Shown here in pieces: positions 11,945 through 25,123 of a stretch of DNA of 64,000 bases (position 1 is the stretch's first letter; every line of letters begins with the position of its first letter). Below the pieces are notes generated by a model, which was given only the letters and a program-made list of their open reading frames with translations, did not search any database and was not told the origin of the DNA. The stretch is from Lama guanicoe (taxonomy: Eukaryota), in contig MU053482.1 of NCBI GenBank assembly GCA_013239625.1, positions 4,115,922-4,179,921 of the forward strand, in the 5' to 3' direction. Both the position numbers and the translations under genes were made by a program.

Positions 11945-12265
11945 TGGGTGGGGGTTGAGAGGCTTTGGCGTCAGACAGGACCATGTTCAAATCTAAGCTC
12001 CGCCAAACTCTTTCTCTGTAGGACCTGCTCGTGATTCAAACTCTCTAAGCCTCAGTGCTCTCATCTGTCCAATGAGGACCATACGTCTAGCCTCTCGTGG
12101 TTCTCAGGAGTAAATGACGTACAGCACAAAACTCACCAGGATGTCAGCTCTATGAGGGCACAACCTAGACTATCCTGTTCATCCCTGTGTGCCCAGTGCT
12201 TAGCACAGTGTCTAGTGTTGCATAAAGAAAGCACTACGCACAAAGTAAATAAACAATAAACAGCA
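11945..12265 (+). mobile_element. MIR followed by an L2 3' fragment
   Basis: aagcctcagtgctctcatctgtccaatgagga (MIR core); gtcagctctatgagggca...cccagtgcttagcacagtgtct (L2). Confidence 0.55.
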
Positions 12266-13176
12266 GCTGTTATCATTAGCGGCCATCTCAGTGTGACCCA
12301 TGCACTCCTGAAATGCTGCCTCCCCCTGACATCCGTGACTTTCCCCCAACTCAGCGCTTACTTTTTCAGTCAGTTCTTCCCTGTACCTATGGGCACCTCT
12401 TGGCACTAAGCCCATTTCCCATGCCCACGCTCAATTCTAAAATCTCCTTTTAAGTCAAACTTCCATCCTCACTGGGCTCCTCCATCCTCTTACCTTCAAC
12501 AGGCACACAGGGCACCAGATCCCCCATCTCAGCTTCAAGCCTTCCCTCTGCCTTCAGTTAGGTAGTCCTGGCTTCCTGACGAAGTCAGGATCCAGGCGGT
12601 ACATTTCTCCCCCAACGCCAAGTGTGTAACACAAGCAGCACAGTACATGTTTCACTGCCTGAACAGACGGATGAACGACGCAAGCTTTCTGGTTATTTCT
12701 GTTGTTGTTCCTAATATCAAATGCGCCCCATTTCCCCCCACAAACCAACTCTCCACACCAAACACCCTTTTTTTAGTCAGTGGCACCCCCAAGTCTCTTG
12801 ACATCGCAAAGCCATTTTTGTTGGACTTTATAACTCATTTATAAGGATCAGGAAAGGCTACGTCTTGACCTACAGTGAGCACTCAAACCACTATTAGCAT
12901 CTAACACAGCGCTAAGGCAACTCATGGACAGTGTCTTAGCTAAAGCTGAGTCTAGAAAATTCCCTTAGGAAGTACAAAACCTCATAAACTTGAAATCTGT
13001 GTTTGGTGTCTTGAAATCCTTGGCCTCAGAATACTGCATAGATGAACAGTGATTCCACTGTACAGCTGTCAGCCTTCCGTAAGCTTTATTCACCCCATGA
13101 CAACAGCTGAAGGACAATGCCACAGCAGATTCCAGTCCATGGCAAAATGAAACAAAACAGCGGCAGGGCTCTCAGC

Positions 13177-13212
13177 CACACACACACACATACTCACTCA
13201 CTCACACACACA
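13177..13212. repeat. Compound (CA)n/(CTCA)n microsatellite
   Basis: cacacacacacacatactcactcactcacacacaca. Confidence 0.9.
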
Positions 13213-14079
13213 GAAGGATGTGCTATTCCAAGCTCTCCGATTATTCTGAAGTCTAGATCCAGCAGGCTTGGCCCAACCATAACATTTAGGAGCAACCAAA
13301 GACTAAAATCCAATTTAAGGTGTTCAGTTTTCTCTGTCTCCAGGGATGGGGGGTCAAAGAATTTGCCTGCAGGCTTTCTGTGAGATCTGGTGCATCTGAT
13401 GGTTTCCTGAGACCTTTTCGGCTGAGCAGGAAGGCTGGTGCCCACACCCCTTTCGACTGGGCTGGCAGAGACTAGTCAGTTTACCTGAAACAGTAGGATC
13501 CAGAGTTTTAATGATTGTCCTCGCGGCTGGGTGAGAACAGTCACGGTGCTAGCAGTGAGCTGAGACTTCTCAGACCTCTGAGGGCAAGGCCTCTGGCGAG
13601 AACCTCGCAGTCCCTCGGGCACTTCAGTGCACGGCAGGATTAACAAGCACACAGGACCTGCCTGGACCTCTTTTACCGGTAATTTTAGCCAAGTCTCTAG
13701 TCCTTTAACCTTAGATATATTTTGTAAAAGTCTCGAATAATGGTGCTGCCTATTCTGGGCCATGGCTATAAACCCTACCTTGCTTTCCCTTCCTCCCCTG
13801 GGTCTCTGGCTCCCTGAACCCAGATTTCTGACTCATTAGGCAGCTCCTCAGTCTACCCCCTTTCTGACTCTCTGCACTCTGGCTTTCAGCTCAGCTCTTG
13901 TCTCCATCACCCCCTCCAGTTTTGAAGTCTCCTGCAACCTCAGGTACTGTCTGATGTAGATCCCATCTCCCACGAGGTATTTGAGCTGAATCATCGCGCA
14001 CTGAAACGGTACTGTGGTCATTTCCCAAAGCAATGCGGGCCCAGGTTAGTCCCTGAAATGAAACATTATGAGCTGGATG

Positions 14080-17045
14080 ATTTTAAACCCCGAAGGCAGA
14101 GGATTAACTCTGAATGAGTCAGAGATTAAAATGCAAAAAATACAATCATACCAGTATTAGAAGAAAACATGGGTGAATTTCTCTCTAACCTTATAGTGGG
14201 TAAATTTTACTCTGACTGATCTCTGGAAGCAAGAAGGAAAAAGACTGATACATTTGCTTACATTAAAAAAAAGGTTTTGTATGGCAAAAAACACATCAGA
14301 AACAAAATCAAAAGACAAGTAACAAACTGGGAGAAAATATTTGCAATGTATATGATAGGCAAAGTATTACCGCCTCTAATGTGTAAAGAGATTCTAAAAA
14401 TAGAGTAAAGATTAACAATCCTACAGGAAAGTGGGCCAAAGAAATGAAAAGCTCATGGAAAAAAAGAAATGCAAATAGCCTTAATCATGTGAAAAGCTGT
14501 TCAGCCTAGCTCTTAATAAGAGAAATGCAAATTAAAACTACTCTGAAAGCTATTTCTTATCTGTTAGATTGGCAAAACCCCAAATATTCCACAACATACT
14601 TTGTTGGTTGACTGTAAGGAAACAGGTATGTTCGTGATTCCTGGTGGGATAAATATTACCTTTCTGGAGGGATATTTGATGATGTCTAGCAAAATTACAC
14701 ATGCATTTGCCCTTTGAGCTCACAATTCCACATTTGGGAATCTATTCAAACAATAATCCAGAAAGATGTGAAAAATCGCATGCACAAGACAACTCATTAT
14801 AGCACTATGCCCTCAAAAAGAAAGTGGCGGAATAAACTAAGGAACGTGCATGCATTAGAGTGCTATGCAACTGTAAAAAAGCAATAAGGAATACCTCTAT
14901 ATACTATTATAAAGTGATCTTCCAAAGAAAAACTTATATAGTGAACAAAACAAGGTAGTGAAAAGTGTACATAGTACACTACATTTATCTGAGAAAGAGG
15001 AAATGCAAATATATACATATTTCCTTTTGTTAAAGTGTAAAGAACAACAAACAAATGACATGCTTATGTTAGAGGTAGTGAAGAAACAGGATAAAGAAGA
15101 GCAATAGCACGTGGACTTCTCTGGATATACTTTCCTTTGTAGACTGGACTTCGGAATTACGTCAGTATTTTCAAAATTACAAAAATTACAGATGTAAAAA
15201 AAATTCCTAAAAATCAAAAGCAAAATAAAAGAAATGAAGTTGTTTATTAGATTGGTAGGATAACTACACAGAGAGGAACGATCCTAGTTGACTCTGAATC
15301 ACAGTAATTTGACTGTGCATCTCTAGCGGAATATAACCTAAACACAAAAAGAAATGCAAAAAACCCTTCTGTTTCTAGTAGTCATATTGTTGGTGGTAGT
15401 GTTCTGAGACAGCAGTGTGCATACTGGGGAATAAAATAAACAAGTAATTATCTTGGTGTCATTAAGAACCAGAATTTTGTGCATGCGAGAAAGGAAATAT
15501 AGACGTAAGACTGTTGAGATTAAGTAAAAAGCCTGTGGTACTAAACTGGATTCAGAAAGATCATCATGAACACCTAGAGTTTTCTCTATAAAATAATAAT
15601 TTCTAGCTCTAACGACTGAAGAGACCTGGAAACATGGACCAATTCAGTAGCCATGAGCACCCTTAGTGCCCAGACTGTGGTTTTAGATAACATTTCTCAC
15701 TAAAAGAAAGCTGGCTTCCTTAGAAAAATGGCTGATTACAGATCTGGAGCAGGAAATGTATAGATGGAACATTTCTGATGGCAGGGAAGCCGTTAAAGAG
15801 GCAAAAGGACTCTTTCCCTGAGGAACAAATGTCAATAGGCTTCCCAATGGCCTAAGGGGGAAAATGTGCAAATCAATGAGGCTATTAAATAAAATGAATT
15901 GAAATACATCAAATATATTTAAATCCAAAAGTTCATGCTGGAACTCAAAATCTACTTGGTTCTCTTTGGGAGATGGTAGAGAACTAGCTCATTTTTTGGG
16001 GTAAGCTGTTATAGAATTATCTATTCTGACTTTTCCTAATGAACTTTGTTGTACTTCCAGGCAACCAAAGAATGGATGATTGTAACTGTCTCTTTATAAA
16101 AGTTATTCCAGCAAATAAATGAGTAAAGAAAAATAAAATTAAAATATCACCATTTTGCAACCCCTAATGAATTACTGGATCTAGGCAATAATCAGCAATG
16201 ACTGCTAGCATCACAAATGGGAAGACAGCAAGACATTAAGTACCTTGTGATGAAAGTGCACACATACTGCCTATGAAATATTCTTGCTACAGAATTGAAC
16301 CTACATCTCTAGATCTAACTGGCAATTTAGAAGAAATATGTGGAACAGAAGGATATGTTAGATGACATCAGGGGAATGCAATCAGGAAAATCTAGACTGT
16401 GGGAGTCTCCACAGGACAAATAACCTGATCTCTTTAAAAATAAATTACAAGGAGGAAAAGAGATGGAGAAAGAAATCCAGCAAATTAATAGAGACTTGCA
16501 AGACATATTAATCAACTGGATGTTGATTCAAGCAAACAAATTGTAAAACAAAGTGAAAAAATGTTATGAGAGAATTGGGGCAAATTTGAACACTGATTGA
16601 ATATTGGATAGTATTAGGGAATTCTTTTAACAGTTTTAGGACGGGGATGGTGTAGCTCAGTGGTAGAGTGTGTGCTTAGCACGCATGATCCAGGGTTCAG
16701 TCCCCAGTACCTCTACTAAAAATAAATAAATAAACCTAATTACCTATTCCTAACCCCTGCCCTCCTCCCTCCTTTTAGGACTGACATAGTATTGTGATCA
16801 TGTCTTTTTAAAGTTCTTATCTATTTTGGATGCATATTGAAATATTTTTGATGATACAACGTCTGAGATTTGCTTCAAACTAACTGGAGTTGGGAAGGAC
16901 TGGGTAGGACTAGAGATGAAAACTAAATTGTCCATGAATTGACAGTGTTGATACTGGGTGATAGATGCATGGGATTTATTATGCTATTTCCTCTATTTTT
17001 GGATATATTTTAAATTTTCCATAATAAAGAGGTTTTCTTAAAAAT
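14080..17045 (+). mobile_element. Old L1 (L1MC-like), ORF2 end plus long 3'UTR, about 3 kb, degraded
   Basis: A-rich L1 text (tattagaagaaaacatgggtgaa, aactgggagaaaatatttgcaa, agaaatgcaaattaaaacta) ending tgggtgatagatgcatggg...aaattttccataataaa; no long ORF. Confidence 0.8.
16643..16772 (+). mobile_element. Vic-1-like SINE nested in the old L1
   Basis: ggggatggtgtagctcagtggtagag...ggttcagtccccagtacctc...aataaataaacctaattacct; exact 9-bp flanking repeat ttttaggac at 16634-16642 and 16773-16781. Confidence 0.88.
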
Positions 17046-17705
17046 CTCATTTATGATAAAGTGTTCAAAATATCGAGTACAATATCCCAGATATTATATT
17101 ACTTGTTTTAGAGGACATTTGAACCAAGGTTGAAAACTCCCTTCCTGTAGGAGGGATCACATCATGTGTAATTCTTGGGCCCATGCAACCTGAAAGGAGG
17201 CACACATAACCTGTCCCTGTCCCCTGGAACTAAGGCATGGGCCTATAACCTAGGTTTAGCCAATGGTATGCTCTCACCCAGTACTTTGCGTTTTGGTGAA
17301 TGTCACCAAGACCCAAGCAATGGGACTTGCTGACAGTAGGACTATAATACTACTTACACATTAAAGCATGCTTAAAAAAAATAAGGCACTATATTAAATG
17401 TATGGTTGGACATTTATGCAACATATATAACTACATGTATAGTAATAATAGATATGATCATGTTTACTATAGAGCACTTTATAGTTTACAAAGTACTTAA
17501 ATTGATTTCTTGTTATCTTTACTGTGAAAATAATGATTATAATAATGGGATAATAAACCATAAGAACGAATTAACTTTTCTGGCTAACATAAGCATTTGT
17601 AACCTTATAATTCTATGAGGATAATAATATCTGGCTTGCCTATAGCACTTGATTGCTGCATACGTTAAACAGGATAATTGTAGGGAAAGAGCTTTGAGAA
17701 TACAG

Positions 17706-20700
17706 ATGTCAAGGAGCTTACTGCTTATGTTTTCTTCCAGAAGTTTTATGGTTTTGGGTCTTACCTTCAGGTCTTTAATCTATGTTGAGTTAATTTTTGT
17801 AGATGGTGTTACAAAATGATCCAGTTTCATTCTTTTGCATGTGGCTGTTCAGTTTTCCCAGTATCATTTATTGAAGAGATCATCTTTTCCCCGTTGTATT
17901 TTCTTGATTCATTTGTTGTAAATTAATTGACCATATATGCTTGGGTTTATTTCTGTAATCTCTATTTTGTTCCAATGATCTATGTGTCCGATTCTATGCT
18001 TATACCATATTGTTTTGATTTGTAATTTTTCTTAAATGCTCTTTTGGTTGCATTTCATATAATGTAATATATAGTATATTTGTTATCATTCAGCTCAAAA
18101 TATTTTCAAATTTCTAATATGATTTCTTCTTTGACCTATGAGATATTTAGAAATGTTTCACAATTTCCAAAAATATGGCTTTTGTCTATAATTTTTGGTT
18201 ATGGATTTCTAATTTAATTCCATTGTGGTCAGAGAACATGTTTTATATGGTGTTAATCCCTTGAAATTTGTTGAATTTTGTAGTTGTTAGGTACAATGTT
18301 GTATATATGCCCATTCAATTCAAACTATTAATTTTGTTGGTCTATAAATTACTGGGAAAATTTATTTAATCCTCCACTATGTTAGTGGTGCTATTAATGT
18401 TTCCTTGAAATTCTATCCATTTTTACTTCATATAAATTAAGGTTGTACAGTTAGGTGTATAAAAACTTATAATTGTTACACGTTCCTGATGAATTGCACA
18501 TATTGTCATCTTGTAGAAATCTCCCTTACTTATGATAAAGTATTTTGTAATAGTAGTTTTTCTGATATTAATATTACTACTGCTATTTTCTTTTGATTGG
18601 CATTTACCTGTTATGACTTTTTCCATTAAGTTTTAACCTTTTTGCATTATTATATTTCAGATATTTCTTATAGTCTATAGATAATTTCAAAAGGCCAATC
18701 TAAAAATGTTTGTCTTTTAATTTAGTCCACGTAAATTTACTGTATTTACTGATGTATTTAGCTTTATTTCTACCATTTTGTATGCTTTCTTATTGTACCA
18801 CCTGTTTTGTTTCTATTCCTGTCTTTCTATTTTCATATTTCATTTTTCCCCATTACTACTTTGGAAGTTATACTTTCTATATCTATGATTTTCTGGGCTC
18901 CCCTAGAAAATTTGTTTCGCTGTATCATTCTGTTTATATAGAAGCCAAACATTATGTAGACAGAAATCAAATTTGTAGTTGTCTAGGGCAGGGATAGATT
19001 ACAAAGGGACATGGCTGTAATTGTTGCAGTGATGGAAATGTTCCTTATTTGTTTTTCTTTTTCCCCCAGCTTTATTAAGATATAATTCCCTTAGAAATTT
19101 TAACTAGCTTATTTTATCAAAACTTAGAGTCAGCTAGTATCTTATCCATCTTCATTAACAATGGAGGCCACCAATTTAGAACACCTTAATTACAATCACC
19201 CCCTCCCAACTTATTTGCAACTGTCACGCACTGTAGTTTGAATGACCCCACAGAAAATTACTACAGTGTTATTTACCATCAATATTTCTTTAGATTTACT
19301 CATACATTTACTACTTTTTGAGTTAATTATTTTCCTTTATCTCATATTCCCTTCTGGGCTCATTTTCCTTATACCCGAAGTATATTCTTTATATTTTATT
19401 TAGGGAGAATCCATTAGTAGCAAACTCAATTTTTGTATTTCAGAAAATGGCTTTCTTTAACCCAAGTTTTTGAGGGATATTTTTATTGAGTATACATACA
19501 TAATCTGACAATTATTTTCTCTGAGCATATTGAAAATATTACTTCATGGCCTTCTGGATTTTGCTATTGCCATTGGAAAGTCAACTGTTACTCTAACTAT
19601 CATTCAATGCTGGTAGTCCTTCTCTTCTCTCTGACGGCTATAAGATCTTCTCTTTGTCTTTGGTGTTCTGCAGTTCCACTATGACACCTCTAAGTGTGAA
19701 TATTATTGTATTTATCCTGTTTTGGACAGGTTGACTTCCTGAATCTGTCATTATCTACTCAGATATTCCTTTTGCCTAATCCTCTCTTTCTATCATCTCC
19801 TTTTAGAATTCTAAGATATTAGACCTTCCCTCTCATTTCTACATGTCTCTCAACCTCTTTCTTTCATATTTTTTTCTTTGTCTTTCTGGGCTGATTATGA
19901 ATAATTTCTTCAGCTCTATTTTCCAGTTTACTAATTTTTTTCCTTCAACAATATCCATCTAGCTGGTTAATCCATCTATTAAGCTTTTAATTTTCCATTT
20001 TTATATTTCTCATGTTTGAAACTATTTTTATCCTAATATGACTGGTCTTTTTATAGTCTCTTGCTTTTTATTCATATTTTCAATCTCTTATGTATTTAAA
20101 TATAGTATACAACATTTTACATCCTATGTATGATCGATTCAATACTTGAAGACTTATGTAGATTAAATTTGGCTGTCCAATGCCTTTGCTGGTGTTTGCT
20201 CTTGGTTCTTTCTCCTTTGTCTGTTTTGTGATTAAAAAAAATGAATTCATATTCCTTAGAACTCCAGCTGTGAGAAGTTTCGTGGCCTGGGTTAAAGGGG
20301 TCTTTCCCCGGAGAGGGTTCGTATACACTTTGGCAGATGCCTAAGAGCCTCCAATAACTTTAATTCTACTCTTGAGGTTTTCTGCACCAGGAAGTATTTT
20401 GATTTTAAATTATAGATCCAATGGAGAGACTCACAGGCGAGAATTTTTCCTCTCATCCTATCGTGAGATTGAGACAGGCAATCTTCACTCTAACACTGAG
20501 AATGTGGTAGGAATATTTCTAGCTCAATTTTACACTAAGATAATTGGCCTTTGTGGTCCCAGCTTTGTGGGAGGTAAGGGGTGGTGGCTGTTTTAGTAGA
20601 CTTTTGATGTTGGTCAAGCCTTAGGCTTTGAATCCTGTCCTCTATATACTCTATGAAATTGACAAACCATAACCTTAAAGTGTCCAGGTTCTTCAAATAT

Positions 20701-20730
20701 AACAGACTCAGACTTTCTCTAGGTTTCCAC
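17706..20730 (-). mobile_element. Composite antisense L1 remnants: younger ORF2 piece about 17706-18020, older ORF1/ORF2-5' region about 18030-20730
   Basis: T-rich antisense L1 text: ccagtttcattcttttgcatgtggctgttcagttttcccag; aattccattgtggtcagagaa; ttctctttgtctttggtgttctgcagtt. Confidence 0.75.
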
Positions 20731-20751
20731 TCTCACCTAGGTTTTGGTGTC

Positions 20752-21199
20752 TGTATTAACTTCCCTGGGTTATTATAACAAAGCGCCACAAACTGGATCA
20801 TTAAAACCACAGAAATGTATTCTCTCATGGTTCTGAAGGCTAGAAATCTGAAATCAGGCGCTGGCAGGGCCACGGTCTCCCCAGAACCTCTTGGGCAGGA
20901 TCCTCCCTTGCTTCTTCTAGCTTCCGGTAGCCCCAGGCATTCCACAGCTTGTGGCATCATAACTCCAACCTCTACCTCCATCTTCACATGATCATCTTTC
21001 CTCTATGTCTGTCTGTGTCCAAATCTTCCTCCTCTTACAAGGATATCACTCATATTGGATTAGGGTCCACCCTAACCTAGACCTCTTCTCAACCTGACTA
21101 CATCTGCAAAGATCCTATTTCCAAATAAGATCATATTCCCAGGTACCAGGGGTTAGAATTTCAACATATTTTAAAGGGGACTCAATTTAACTTATAACA
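20752..21199 (-). mobile_element. MaLR solo LTR (MLT1C-like)
   Basis: tgtattaacttccc...aaatgtattctctcatggttctgaaggctagaa...atttccaaataag...ttataaca; 5-bp flanks gtgtc/gtttc. Confidence 0.85.
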
Positions 21200-21314
21200 G
21201 TTTCTAACAATTTAATTTCTTGCCAGCTCTCGAATATTCTCTTATATATTCCAGCATTCTTACAGCCATCATCTATGTAAATCCTTCTCCTATTCAACAT
21301 CAGCTCTTATTTCT

Positions 21315-22048
21315 TTTTTTTTTAACATTTTTTATTGATTTATAATCATTTTACAATGTTGTGTCAAATTCCAGTGTTCAGCACAATTTTTCAGTCATTC
21401 ATGGACATATACACACTCATTGTCACAGTTTTTTCTCTGTGATTTATCATAACATTTTGTGTATATTTTCCTGTGCTATACAGTGTAATCTTGTTTATCT
21501 ATTCTACAATTTTGAAATCCCAGTCTATCCCTTCCCACCCTCTACCCCCCTGGTAACCACAAGTCTGTATTCTCTGTCCATGAGTCTTTAGATTCCACAT
21601 ATGAGCGATCTCATATGGTATTTTTCTTTCTCTTTCTGGCTTACTTCACTTAGAATGACATTCTCTAGGAGCATCCATGTTGCTGCAAATGGCGTTATGT
21701 TGTCGGTTTTTATGGCTGAGTAGTATTCCATTGTATAAATATACCACCTCTTCTTTATCCAGTCACCTGTTGATGGACACTTAGGCTGTTTCCATGTTTT
21801 GGCTATTGTAAATAGTGCTGCTATGAACATTGGAGCGCAGGTGTCATTTTGAAGTAGGGTTCCTTCAGGATATATGCCCAGGAGTGGGATTCCTGGGTCC
21901 TATGGTAAGTCTATTCCTAGTCTTTTGAGGAATCTCCACACTGTTTTCCACAGTGGCTGCACCAAACTGCATTCCCACCAGCAGTGTAGGAGGGTTCCCC
22001 TTTCTCCACAGCCTCTCCAGCATTTGTCATTTGTGGATTTTTGAATGA
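21315..22048 (-). mobile_element. Young camelid-type 5'-truncated L1 with 20-bp TSD
   Basis: Open ORF2 C-terminus (MFIAALFTIAKTWKQPKCPSTGDWIKK..., 21588..21830) and poly(T) at 21315. TSD caacatcagctcttatttct (21295-21314) / caacgtcagctcttatttct (22049-22068), differing by one CpG-type mismatch. Confidence 0.95.
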
Positions 22049-25000
22049 CAACGTCAGCTCTTATTTCTCACTGCTTTCTTTCTACTTGCCCACAGCAGCT
22101 CCCTTCTTTTTCCCACTGAGTTGTGGACTTATAAATCGGGGGAAAAGGCTTATTAGGACCGAGTGCAAAATAAGAATAAGGCTTTAAATGGGGACTCAGT
22201 AAACACGATTGTGAATGAAGTAGAAGAAAATTACTGCGTGGACATTGTAATACTCTTTAGGGAATGCTCAGAGAACTTTTATCACTAGATCACTGTGGTA
22301 TATCTAACTAGGTTTTTCAGTCATAAAGATCTAAATTGTATGACCTCAAGAACATATTATGTAAGCTCTTAATTTCACAATTGCCTCACCTGAAAAAAAA
22401 AGGATATTATAATAGCAGCTACCTTTTAGGGTGTTTTGTAGATGGATGCTATAAGTAAAGTGCCAGAGTAGGTACTGAATAATTGTGCGAAGAACTCTAT
22501 TTCTTTGTGCCAAATGGGTAAGGATTTTGAATAAGTTGCCTGCGAGTAAATGAGGTGAGAAAAGCAATGTCTGTCTTTTTTTCTTCTCACTTTTAGCCTA
22601 TTTATTATTTCTGCCTTAGAAAAGAATAATCAAAGAATCAAAAAAGAAACCATGTAAGAAAATGGACAAAATAAGTCAACATATATATTTTTAAAATGCA
22701 AAATAGTTATAAGTTGTTCTTTTCTTGTTGGCTTCTTACGCATCACTTAGATGGAGACATAAAAATTTACAGTATAATAAAGTGGTGAATTTTCTCCAAA
22801 TGTCACTGCAGAAAACAATAGCAGAACTCACAGAATCCTAGAATGCTAGGGTCTGGAAGACATAATGTCTCTCATTTTTACGCACAGTCCTCCCTAATTA
22901 AAGGGAGATTCTAGATGGCGAAAGTGAAGCATTGAGATCTTAACTCATAAACGTGAAAGGAAAACACTGAAAACCGCACAAAATGTGAACATCTATTCTG
23001 AAGATGGTCAGAGGTTCTGTATCCCTTAAGCAGAAAATTAAAATTAAAATTAAAATTAACTAGCCCCTCCTTCTGTCCTCAGCCCTGCCAGCCAACCAGT
23101 TGCTGGATCCCTGCTTTAAAAGCCACCTTTCCTTCAGCTCCATGACACTTCACCTCTGTCAAATGGGAGGGAAGAGATGGAGGGGGAAAAAAAAAAAGCC
23201 AGGCAATATTTTATACTGTATTTTACACCCCGAGAATGAAACCTCCCAAAGATTTTAAACAAGTATTTGAAAGCCTCCCCCAGCCCATGCGCTGAAACAG
23301 CTTTGTAATCTAGGCGAGGAAAAGCCAGAAATCTCCCACCACTCCATGATTGACTCACACACATGTTGGAAGCAGAGTTCACAAATCTAATTCCTTTCTC
23401 CATTTCCGGACATTTTTACCCCGAGAGCATAAGTGACTAGAGGCGGGCTTGCCCGCTCAGCCAATTCCCAGCAGCAGCAACTAGGGGAAAATATTATGTT
23501 TGGGAGTGAGCATTTATCCGGGAGCATGCGGAAATGAGATGGTGAGGACGCAAATGGTGAATAAATGACTGGTGTATGGAGAGACGGGGAAATGAGGGTG
23601 ATTATGCGGGCTCTGTCCTCTATGAATACATTAGCTCCCCAATAAGCCCATGAATTCTGACTGCCTCCAAAGCAATTTCTCTGGGTTTCAGTGAACACAA
23701 GTGCCTGCAAGTGCTTTCTAAGCTTGGCTTCAGACAAGCTGCTCCTGCCGCCAGACTTCAAAGCCCTAGTGTTTAGTCTGGGTGACAAGTCAGGCCCACA
23801 CTGCCTGTCGGGTCATCGTAGGTGGTGTGAGATGCTCGTTGGAGGTGAGCGTCCACCTCCCCTCAGGGCAGGGCCAGGGCTGTCCACGGCCAGCTGACTG
23901 CCCACTGGGTGGGAGGGCCAAGGAAGGTGTATCCAAGCTGGAGTCCTTGAGTGGGAGCTGGAGATCAGAACAGGAGATGCTGGCTACAGACACTGTGGCC
24001 AAAGGGGCAAGAGTGGGGTCACTATGGGAACTAGCCAGCTGTTAGGTGGTCTGCACGGAGGGCTGGCAGGGAGGAGAAACATCTGGGAAGACTGCCATGA
24101 ACACAAACACCAGCAGGTACGAGGTCCTCTCCAGGGGCTGGTAGGCCTGCAGTGCATGGTGTGCCAGGCTGCTTAAAGATCCCCACGGAGAGGACAGTGG
24201 GGCCCGTCGTGGGGACAAGCCACAGCTTGTATGTCTGTTTTTTCAGGAGGATAAGACCACAACCTGGACAGAGAGGTGGGCTTCCCTGTATAGGATGAGG
24301 GCCTTCATTGTACCCATCATCAAATTCTGTCAACCACCCAGAGACCTAATGTGTCCCTCAGACATGGGGGAGAGGCTCATTTTGGAGTTACTGTTTCACG
24401 GGCCCAGGGAAGCGGGCCAGAGCCTCTGAAAGGTTCCTATAGGTTGAGAGATTAAATGGCGCCTCTTGTGGCTGCACACTGCACATTGATAGCTGCAGAA
24501 CGCCCTGCACTTTGGGGCTGGACAGTGGCGACCTCCGGAAAGCGGTGTGAGGCACGAGGGGTCTAAGGGTCTGGCCAGCCTGTGGTGGGGCCAGAAACCT
24601 GCATGGAATGAGCCCGGCTGTGTTTTGCTGTTTGTACCCTGTAGCCCTCTCTTGACAAAGTCTTTAGGAAGGTCTGTGAGCCACTGCGGAGGATAAGGAG
24701 AAAATCAGGGTGAGAAATGCCAAAGGTGGGGAGAGTGAAGCGAAGCAACTCTGAGGGTCCCTCCTGACCAGCACCCCCTCAATGCTGGCAGTTTCGTCCT
24801 GGAGTGCCCCTCTGCTCACCCTTGAGGAGCCTGTGTTTGGTTTTAACCAAGATGTTTTCCTGAGTTGGGAGCTCAACCCACCCATGTCCCCAGCCCAGCC
24901 AAAGCAGTTTCTGGCATCCTTTCCTTCCTGAAATTCTACAGGACCTGTGTCTCTATGACACACCTACCAGCCTTGATCACACACACACACACAGACCAAG

Positions 25001-25123
25001 TTAGGGACTGGACCTTCAGAATCAGTCTGCCACCCTCAGCCCTGAGCCCCATCTCCCCACCCAATGGACTCATTCACCTTCCGGAAGCTGAGCCAAGTCC
25101 CACGGACGAGAAACCCTGCTTAC

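Noticed and set aside
11393..12034. 213-aa + strand ORF, and similarly 46710..47297, 52830..53378 and 54885..55421
   Set aside because: No domain similarity or splice context. Some run through repeat-derived sequence, and such lengths are expected by chance in GC-rich intron with alternative starts allowed.
21588..21830. 80-aa ORF (and the similar ORF 37080..37316)
   Set aside because: C-terminal fragments of L1 ORF2 in 5'-truncated elements, not host genes or autonomous L1s.
23034..23058. (AAAATT)n and other short simple repeats (for example (CA)n at about 24977 and cattttga repeats at about 58751)
   Set aside because: Ordinary slippage microsatellites.
1..25123. CK2-alpha retrogene (human CSNK2A3 lies in a GALNT18 intron, from memory)
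   Set aside because: No kinase-like ORF anywhere in the window, consistent with a primate-specific insertion absent from this lineage.
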